Assembly (NCBI GenBank): GCA_028023455.1
Contig: JAQFVV010000005.1
Location: 992,001-1,056,000 of the forward strand
Direction of reading: 5' to 3'
DNA length: 64,000 bases
From: Epiperipatus broadwayi
Taxonomy: Eukaryota; Animalia; Onychophora
Shown: one piece after another, positions 53,565 to 64,000 of the stretch
Layout of the letters: each line of letters opens with the position of its first letter
Numbering within the stretch: the first letter of the stretch is position 1
The notes under the pieces: model-generated
The model's input: the letters and a program-made list of their open reading frames with translations, nothing else
The model's database searches: none
Told to the model about the DNA's origin: nothing
Program-made: the position numbers and the translations under genes

Positions 53565-54608
53565 AATGAATGTGGTTGTATTTGATTGATTTTTTTAATT
53601 ATTTGAGTATTCATAACAATCTTTCAGCAATGAAATCCCCCCCCCCCCTATTTATCTTTTATAGTTATATATATATATCTTAACATTTTAATCTACTCAG
53701 TTGCCATCATTTTTTTAAAAAACTTGGTTCCAAGTCTTTTTTGACTTATCTTCATCAACTTAACTAGACTTTATTCTCTTTTATTTCATTTATTGAGTTT
53801 AAAAAACCTTTTTTTTTTATTCCTTTCATTTTACTGAATCTCTCTCTCCTTTTTTTTTTAACTGGTGTTCTTATCATTGATTGTCCTGACAGAATCTTCT
53901 ATCATCCATTTTTTATATTTCTATTTGTTACTCAATGCTTTCACTTCTACTTTTATTTTTCTAATATAGTCTTATCCATATTCTAATCATATTCTTCTTC
54001 ATAGTCCCTACTTTTATTTTTTTCCAAACTCTTTATTTGTTTTTGTATTTTTAATCTTATTCATTCCATTTTTTCCTTTTATTTTCTCCTTATTTTTTTA
54101 AAATCTTCTAAGCCTTTTCTCAGCATCTTAATGGTATAAATTTTAATTTTCTAAACTTTGAGATCCTGCAGTGGATGGGGTGAAAAGCATTTAGCATTTC
54201 ATCGCTGATGATAATCTAGATTTTTGTGGCCAGTTTTTGTCATGCTAATTTGTCTTAAGCAGAGATCTTAATATTTACATTATGTGAGGCTTTTGCAAGT
54301 CTGATATTTATAACTCGCTATTCAATCTTCTTTTTTATTAAGTCAATTTATTTTCATTCTAATTTTGATGCTTTAATTTTCACTCTAATCAGATTCTTAG
54401 ATATTTAAAAGCTTTCGTTTATTTTATGAATGACATCTTGTCTAGTTATCACTGTTTTTTTTTTTTTTTTCATTTATTTTCACATCATTAACCTGCTCTA
54501 TAAAAATATACTTTTGTTACAATCTCTATTCCTGTCAGTAAGTTCACTTTCACCATATCTAGTATATTTATTCAATTACTTTAAATAATTTGTATTCCTT
54601 GCAAATTC

Positions 54609-57600
54609 TGTGATGTGATGTACTATGATGTCTCCTTATACAGAGTCAGGAATCTCTCAGCAACTATGCCCAGAGAAACCTGTTAGCCACTTTACCTTCC
54701 CTTTCTATTCCCCACCCTAAGTTTTCCCATAATCTGCTCCATCCTATTTCCACAACATAATCTTTGTCAATTCCATGACCTTCATATCTAAATCCCCCTT
54801 ATCTTTTCCCAAACCCAGCATAAAAACCAATAACCCACTTTCTGTATAATCACTTTGTTCATATTTATTCTTCCATAACTTCTGCTTCCAAGCATTTACA
54901 TTGAATTAACAGCTGTCTAATAGTTTCTATGCCTTCTTTACAGAACTTGCAGACTAAATCACTTATATTTTTCCATTTACGTGTATATTCCCTTGTTGCT
55001 AAAGATCCCGTTCGAGCTTTAAACAATAAACTGCTTTTCTTACTATTATCATAAATTAACTCACATGCAATGTTCCATTTACTTCTATATATATTTAAAC
55101 TCTTTTTACTCTCCATACTAGTTCTCCATCTCTCCAACTCCCTATTCTTTATTATTGCATCTATTCTTCTATCCCATTCCTTACCACTATAACACTCAAC
55201 AATCTTTCTAACACAATCATCCCACCTTTTGTACAAATATACTGATATAAATTCTTTATCCAAATCTCCTGCATACCGCATTACCTTTCTCACCCATCTT
55301 GTTGCCTGCCCTTTACTCGTAACCCAATTAAATACTATTTTGGCTATTCTTTTATTATCCATAAACTGTAATCTACCGAACATTTTTATTTTGCTTTTTG
55401 CATCTCTCATATAAAAACTTGACCATCCCATTTTTTCCTGAATTGCCTCCTTTGCTGTCCACACATCTGCATCTAATGCATGTCTTCCTACTTCCCTTTG
55501 TATTTTTTTTTTAAGTAATCTAATACGGCTTTACTAACACACAACACATCATTGCCATATGTTAACCCTGATACTGCAAAATTTCTTTATCAATCCCTTT
55601 CTTTTCTTCATTTATCAATTTTTTCTCCCATTCATCCAAGCAATTTTTCTGATTACTTAAGATGATTCCCAAATAACTATATCTATCCACTACACTTAAC
55701 TTTATATCTCCTAATAAAAATTCTTCTCTTACCCTAGTATTAATCATTATTATATTCAATTTTTCTTCACTAAATTTAATCCCCATCTCTTTACTCACCT
55801 TTGCACATGTCCTCAGTATAACTTCTATATCTTCTCTTCTTTCTGCCCACAAAAAGATAATATCTGCAAAAAAAGGTCCCGGCAAAGTATATACTCCCTT
55901 GCCAACTATTAACAGTATCTCTATGACTCTTCCTAGTCTTTCTATTGCTTCTCCATTTCACTCAAATACAACAAAAACAAAATAGGTGACATAGGGCATC
56001 ATTGCCTTAGTCCCACCCCCATTTTTAACTTTAACTGATTCTATGACCCCTAATTGATATGTATAATAATTATTTTCATAAAATCTCTTAATAATATCCA
56101 CTAAGGCTTCATCCATTCCCAGATTTGTTAAACTTACCCATAATCTATTTTCTATTTACTCTATCATATGCCTTCTCTATATCTATAAAAAACTCATATA
56201 TAACTGTCTACCTGAATTCCTACTCATATCCATAAGTTGTGCAACTACAAATAAACCTATCTTCTATACGCCTATCTGACCTAAAACCTCCTTGCATTTC
56301 CCCCACCACACTATTTTCTTCCATCCATTTTGCAACTCTATCTAGCCACCATATATGAAAAAACTTTATACAAAATTGATGTTACCGCTATCAGTCTATA
56401 ATTATTTAACTTTCTATGATACTTACCCTTTCTTTTAAATAATAATCTTACTCTTGTATTACTCCAACTGTCTGGAAGAACTCTTTTCTGTACCATCTTA
56501 TTAAAACATGTTAATAGCTTTACTTTTGCTCTATGCCCTAAATTTCATTACCATCTCTGCTGCCTATCCATCTAAACCTTTCCTCTTTTCAATTTCTTTC
56601 CTGTCTCATTCAGTTCATTTTCTGTAAACCTAATATTTCCATTACTAACTGCTTTCATGTTTTCTATCACTAAGTCCTTCACATCTAACATCTTTTCTAT
56701 ATCCATTACATACTTATTCAAGATTCTCTCTAATTCTTCTTTAGAGCTACACTCTATTCCCTCATCATCTAGTAATACTATCTCTCTCTCCCCTACATTG
56801 TTCTTTTTAATGTAATTCCAAATTTTTTTACTCCCATCTCTTTCATGTTTATTAATATCCTCCAACAATTTACTATTTAATTTCATTCTCTATAATTATC
56901 TATTTTAGCTAACTTCTTCTTTTCTAAGTAGTTTTCCCATTTAGTATTAATATCTTTTTCACTTTCTTTGTTCTTAATAGCACACTTATATTTTCTGCAT
57001 GCTTTTTTTCTCTCTTTTACACTTTTACTAACTCTCATTTTTTTATTACTTTTATTCTTCTGAATATTCTCACCTAAAACCCTATTTGCCACTTTTTCTG
57101 TTTCATCACACCAGTCCTTATACTCATTCCCAACCAAGTCTTCCATGGTTTCTTCAACTTGTATTTTATACTCTTCCAACTCATTCTTATCCTTCACTTT
57201 CCATCCCTGTCTTTCACTATTGTTTCTACTTTTATTTTTATTCTCCATCACATTACTAACCATTTCGATTACAAAGAAATTATTATTATTATATACTCTC
57301 TCTTCATTATCAAACACATTAATTTTCCATACTTTATTTATTCCCTCTTTTCTCTACCAATACATAATCTATTGTGTGGAATATATTATTTCTAGACCAT
57401 GGGTATTGTCCATCATAAATATTTGATAAATTTGCAATGCTCAAATTCACTCTCTGACAAAATTTCTTCAAAAATTATTCCTTCTTATTATCTACATCAT
57501 CAATTTCTTCAATATGCCCATTCATATCTCCTATGACCATTATTTTCTTCTCCTTTTCTTTAAACTGTATATCCTTAACTAGGCATTCATATATGCTACT

Positions 57601-59050
57601 GTTCCAATCCATTATAGTTTGATTATCTCCAGTAGCTATATAAACTATAGCCACCATCCATTTCTTGTCTTCCCAACCTTATTCCAAACCACAAATGTTT
57701 TTGGCATTTAACAGTATTTAAATATTTTTTTGATATAACACCCATACCACCACCCTTTTTTCTTCCTCTTTTCTATTTATACCCATACCAAATCTTCCAA
57801 AATAGGTTCTTCTTCTATTGTTTTATAAATTCTTTTGATTCTTTGTTCCCCATTACATTTATAAATAATTTTCTTACCATTAAATTTTACAGACCCATTC
57901 CCTCTCCACATTTTCACTTATATCACCTACCCTTTGCTTACTTCTTACATCCCGTCCATTCTTCTTTTTTATAGTACTGCAATTTACAACCCCACCTCCC
58001 TTTATAAGTTTCCTGAATTATATTCTTTATAAATTAGACTCCCTAAAGCTTTACTTCCTTGTTTTCCTAAGTGCAATCCGTCTTTACTATATAACTCCCT
58101 CTTTCCAATAAACCAATCCCACACATCCACAAACATAACATTGTTTCTCTCACACAATTTTTTCAACCTCTCATTAATAGAACGTGCCCTATCTAACAAA
58201 TGCCTCTTGTCAAATCTTGGTAATAATCCAACTATCCCTACTCTTCTTTTAATATTACTTAAATTCCTAATCAATTCTATATACTCATCCATTACTCTCT
58301 CTGATGGTTCTGACAAATTATTAGTCCCTACCATAATATACACATCTGTACTACCTTGCTTTTTTACTTTATTTGCCACATCCCTAATTCTAGCTCCAGG
58401 CAAACATACTCTTACATACTTACTTCTATTTTCCCTTGCAATTATATCCCCACATTCTGTAATTAGCGAATCTCCTATCAATACTGTCTCGTAGATTACT
58501 TTCTCTGCTCCATTCATACCATGCCGCCACATCCCTAATTCTAGCTCCAGGCAAACATACTCTTACATATCTACTTCTATTTTCCCTTGCAATTATATCC
58601 CACATTCTGTAATTAGCGAATCTCCTATCAATACTGTCTCATAGATTACTTTCTCTGCTCCATTCATACCATTTTCTGGACCTCCTTATCTACTTCTTCC
58701 TTACCATTCCTATTCAATAATTCATTTATCTGCTCACACTTTGTCTCTAACAATTTTAATTTTGCTTCTACATTTTTCACCTCTTGCTCTGTCTTACTTA
58801 TTTTTTGGCTTACTATCTCCATTGCACTACTAATTTCTCCACCCATATCTCCTGACAATCCACTAAAACCATACTCTGTCCCATCTTCCTCAACTACATT
58901 TTGCTCCATTTCCCCTGACTTTCTCTTTAGACTATCTACACTTAGAAACCACTTTCTCACCTCTTTCATCACATTTACACACTGTCAACTTAACCATAAA
59001 CCTGTCACATCCTTTCTAGGCTTATTCAAACATTTCAAGAGAAAAATATC
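54609..59050 (-). mobile_element. Near full-length decayed LINE: ORF1 with coiled-coil and SGNH/GDSL esterase, ORF2 with APE, RT and CCHC (RTEX- or CR1/L2-group-like)
   Basis: 58002-58532 has GDSL, PGA, VGTNN and DGLHL esterase blocks. 57475-57657 has IMVIGDMNGH (APE). RT pieces include 55562-55885 (FFADI, YSYLGI). 54865-55464 has LFKARTG..CKFC...C. Tail is (catca)n. Confidence 0.92.
58375..58672. repeat. Tandem duplication of about 150 bp inside LINE ORF1
   Basis: gccacatccctaattctagctccagg...cattcataccat at 58375 and 58526. Confidence 0.9.
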
Positions 59051-60707
59051 ACATATGGGGACTTTCTACCAGAGCACACCTAGTTCCTTTCTGCCGATTA
59101 TATATGCATTGTGGAATACAAATGCAATCCATATTCCTTATTTTCCATGTCACATATTCTATATTTTACTTTGTACTTCCTCTCCTACTCTTCAAAATTG
59201 ATCAATACTATAACCATGTGTTTTCTGATCTTAGGACTCCAAAACATTATCTTTTTTCCAAAATAAATCACTATTCTTAAATTTTAAAAAAAAAACAACT
59301 TTAATAGCAAACTTACTAAAAATCAATTAATCTTACATACAACTTTCCTTATAAATATTCTTATACTAACACACATTCAACAAAATAACTTTTTTTTTTT
59401 AAAACTTCTACATATAAAATGGCGAGTGAACGAACTAGTCTTTTAAAAAATTTTTTTCCAATCTTTCAAATTTCACTTTACACAATCTCTTGATCATGAT
59501 TTACACGTTCATACACAATAATCAGTCTTTATATCGATGATCTCAGATTATTAATTGCATAAAAATGAAACAAATAGCAAACTTAGCTTTTTGATCAGAA
59601 TAATCATGTCAGCTCAGCAGTAATGAATGATAATAACAGTCTATTTGTACTTCTTCAGTTGTGCCGTCTATTGTTATCCTGAGGAATTGTTTTTAAAAGG
59701 CATGTAAACTGGGTCATGTCATGTTTCTTTCATTGCATTCCGTATATATTTATTTATAATGTTTTTAAAGTTTTATAAATATAATTACTTCATCTATGTG
59801 ATTTACTTCAGTGATAGACTAGTGGATTCTAGTCTATGATCAGTTTTAGCTTGAGTAATGTAATTAAATTTAAAAAAATTCCATTCAGTATTGTTAAATG
59901 AAGCTGTTGAATGCTCAATCCATCTCTGTATACTTATTCTCTTAAACAGTGATAACATATACAATATAATTAATACTGCTGATGTAACAATTATATCTAT
60001 ACATATATTATTATAATTGTAATAAATATAGAAACTCATTAAATGTTATAATTAAAACTGTCTTCAGTAATAGTTTTTGCATATTTTTCTGCAAGCAGGG
60101 AATATCTGTAATGTTTGGAGAATAATGTAACAATATTTTTGGAAAGACCCCACTACAGTGGATAAAAAAGCATTGCTATATCATTCTTTGATTTATATTT
60201 TTATGATTAAAAATATAAATATATTAATATTATTAATGTATTATTAAATAAATTATATATTTGTGTAAGTAATAAACAAGTGGATTTTAGTGCATTCAGT
60301 AACATGCATTTGTTTTTTAGATCATTAACTACTATGCAATATAAAACAACAAGTTATTTTACATATTATAACTCAACAGTTTCAAATGTTGTAGAGACTT
60401 GCATACTAGAATGCTAATTTAATTAAATATTTAATAAATAATAAGCACAAGTAGAATGTATTACATTAACAAGCAAGTATTACCCCATTCTATTACATGT
60501 AAAGTTATTAAGATTGTTAACTGTGACCTTTTCTCTCATTCTTTATATATATTTTGGTATAACTGCATTAGGTGTTCTAGAGAAGTGTGTGTATATGTCA
60601 TGATATTATTGTGGCTATATTTAATAAATAATTAGATTGAATCTTTGTATTCAAGTTAATTATATATATATATATTATTTTTAAGTCAGATATTTTAATT
60701 TGTATAA

Positions 60708-60872
<165 letters not shown>

Positions 60873-61779
60873 TAAATAATGTATATTTTTAGTATTAAAC
60901 AAATCTATTACATTTCTGAAGATATTTTTGTGATAAAACATTAATTATCCAGAAGTGGCCATTAGAATCTGTATTGTTGTATAGCATCCATTGTTTAGGT
61001 ATTATTGTCACAATGTTGGATTGAGAATAGAGGGGGGGGGTATCACTATCTAATATAGGTTAAATTAGATATTATTAATGCTTTCTAGCATAAACCTTAT
61101 GATGCTAATGTTTAGTTTCTGAATAGAATTCATCTAAAAAGGATGTTAATTGTATGTGCGTGTAATTATATCTTTCTATTTATTTCTCTTATTTTTTAAA
61201 AAAAAAATCGCTTCATTTTTTGAATATTTTAATACCTGTTTGAATCAATTTGTCTGACATATGTTCCAATTCATCTAATCAAAGATTATTCTACCATTTC
61301 TGTTCTCATTCATAAACTGTAACTTTCTGTTTTTAATTTATTTTTAGCATTTTCCATATGAAATAATGACTTTCTTTTTTTGTATGTATGCATTTTCATT
61401 TACTGTTCATGTTCCTAATAAGTGGATATTTTTTACTTATTTGTATCATTAGCAGAAAAAAAGAGCATTGAGAGGATGGAAAGAATATATCAATGATTTT
61501 TATACTAGAAATACCAAATCTTGTATCTTAGTTGTAAAAAAAAATCGTGCAAATAAAAATGAACTAGATTGTGTAATAATAGTCATGTCTGTTATAAGCA
61601 AATAATATTTTAATCTCTATCTAGTTTTTTTTCCTTTTGCTTTTATTAATCAATCAGTTTTTTAATTATAATTTATTTTCTATTTTTATTAATAATTTTG
61701 TTTTCTAAATATGCATGAGTTGTCCATTTTTTTTTGTATATAATTTGTCTATTTTGTAAAAACAATATTTACAGTTGAT

Positions 61780-63780
61780 ATTCCTAATCTTCATAAACAT
61801 TCTACTGAATTTAAATTAGAACTTACAAATCGGTTTCAAGAATTAGTAGATTTTGAACATGATTCAGATTTAAATGAAATTAATAGGAAAATAACTGATA
61901 CACTTTTAAAAACTGCAACAAAGATAACTGGTAGAAAAAAGCAGCAATTGACCAATAAAATTTCTACTGAGACTAGAGAATTTATGAAGAAAAGAAGTAT
62001 GAAGATATACAAAAATGATGCATTAAAAAGGATTAAATATCCTGAATTTTGTAAAATGGTGCAGAAAAGAGTTGAATATGATATAAGAAAGTATAACTGT
62101 GAACTAGCAAGGAAAGCTGTAGAAGAGAATAAAAGTCTTAAGAGTGTAAAACAACATTTTGGTATTGGTAGGAAATTTATATCTGCAATAAGAAAAAAAG
62201 ATGGAATTATTACTAAAAAGAGAGATGACATCATGAAATGGGTAGAATATTTTTATCAAGAATTATATAGTAATAAAGAACAAGTACCTCCTATATCTAT
62301 TACATCTTCCGAATTGCCCAGAATTTTAAATGAGGAAGTGAGACATGCAATTAAATATATGAAGAAAGGAAAGGCTCCAGGTAATGATGGGATTATAATT
62401 GATATATTAAAAAAAGCAGGTGAAGAAATAGAATTTTTTTTAGCAAAGTTATATACCAAGTGTCTAAATGATAAGGATGTATCAGATGATTGGAAGAATG
62501 CAATATTAATATTAATATTTAAAAAAGGTGATAAAGAAGCTATTAGAAATTACAGACCTATCAGCATTTTATCAGTTTTATACAAAATTTTTACCAAGAT
62601 AATTACAACTCGGAGAACATTGGATTTCCACCAACCAAGAGAACAAGCTGGATTTAAAAGTAGTTTTAGTACAGTAGATCATATCCAGGTATTGAGAGAA
62701 GTTATAGAAAGGACAAATGAATATGAGTTGCCATTATGCTTTGGATTTGTAGATTATGAAAAGGCATTTGATTCTGTAAACATTTCTTCAGTGATTAAAG
62801 CATTGGATCATCAAGGTATAGATCCAGGATATTGTCATATTTTAAAGAATATTTATAAAAATGCAACAGCAACAATTAGATTACATAATGATACTAGGAG
62901 AGTCAACATTGAGAAGGGTGTAAGACAGGATGATTCCATATCTCCAAAACTTATTACAGCAGTGCTGCAAGAAGTATTTTGGGGATTAAAATGGGAAGCT
63001 AAAGAAGTGAAAGTAAATTAGTTGTTTTTGCAAATAATGTTTTAGAGTTTCAGAAAATTTGCAGCAGTTATTAGATGAAAGTAGGACTAAAGATAAATGT
63101 TAAAAAGACTAAAGTAATGTTTAATGGATTTTCTCAAAATATGAAAATAAAGATTGATTACGATGAGTTAGGAGAAGTTAACAGTTACAAATATCTTGGT
63201 CAGATTATTAGTGTAAATGGAAACATAATGAAAGAAATTAATCGTAGAATTAAACTTGGTTGGAGTGCTTTTGGTAGAAATAATTTGATACTAAAAGGAA
63301 ATATGCCTATGTGTTTGAAAAGGAAGGTTTTTAATAAATGTGTTTTACCAGTTCTTACTTATGGATCTGAGACTTGGACACTTAATAGAAGAGCAATACA
63401 GAGACTTCAGACCACTCAAAGAAGTATGGAAAGATGCATGTTGGGAGTGGGAGTAACAAGAAGAGATCGAAAATGCAATGTATGGATAAGAGAACAAACA
63501 GATGTTACTGACCTCATTGAAAAAATTAGACTGAAGTGGAGTTGGGCTGGACATATTGCTAGAAGAGATGATAATAGATGGATAATTGAAATCTTAAACT
63601 GGATTCCAGGAGATTGTGAAAGACCCAGAAAAAGACCACATGTGAGATGGATGGATGAAATAAAAAAGTGTGCAGGGGTGCTGTGGGGAAGAGAAGCTAA
63701 AGATCGGAGAAGATGGAATGAACTTGGAGAGACCTTCATCCTGCAGTGGATTGGTAATGGTTGATGATGGTGATCATGAC
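61780..63780 (+). mobile_element. RTE/BovB-like LINE, 5'-truncated; ORF2 pieces 61948-63021 and 63075-63764
   Basis: KAPGNDGI, YRPISILS, QAGF, FVDYEKAFDSV, YKYLGQ, LTYGSETW and WAGHIAR motifs; (tga)n-like tail at about 63762-63779. Confidence 0.95.
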
Positions 63781-64000
63781 CCCCCCCCAATTTATTATTA
63801 TTTTTGATTTTTCATTATTAAATTTAATATTCATCTTCAGTTCTTTTGTTATGCCTATCTTAAGTAACAGACTCTATTTATTTATTTTTCCACTTAAAAT
63901 TACCATTTCATCTGCTAAGAGTTATAATATTCAAAAGTTATAATATTTGAAAAGATTAATGTTGGAAAAAGAAAAAAAAAGATAACCAGCATTGTGATGG

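Noticed and set aside
54206-54303. Possible C/D snoRNA (TGATGA...CTGA)
   Set aside because: Box C lacks the leading purine, there is no terminal stem, and no rRNA-complementary guide is recognisable.

Overview
AT-rich eukaryotic (invertebrate-animal-like) genomic DNA. The whole window lies within one + strand GAPDH gene. Six short coding exons (3119-3141, 20132-20228, 20949-21055, 36457-36547, 46219-46334, 60734-60815) splice in frame to 172 codons, including the catalytic ASCTTNC motif. The remaining 3' exons lie beyond the window. The introns (0.7-17 kb) are filled with transposon relics: a decayed Ty3/gypsy LTR element, a Charlie/Buster-type hAT with nested insertions, two copies of a TA-flanked pogo/Tigger-like MITE, several RTE-type LINEs, a LINE with an SGNH-esterase ORF1, and a Penelope-like element (RT + GIY-YIG) with inverted terminal repeats. 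The most notable signal is a set of 340-480 bp non-coding tandem repeats from three unrelated families (A, B, C). Each array flips orientation at a microhomology junction. Families B and C carry minimal type-I hammerhead ribozyme motifs with palindromic stem III, always pointing outward, the same layout as the Penelope element. This looks like a Penelope-mobilised, retrozyme-like hammerhead repeat system embedded in GAPDH pre-mRNA. All calls were made by eye, without alignment, folding or database searches. Coordinates of decayed elements are approximate.
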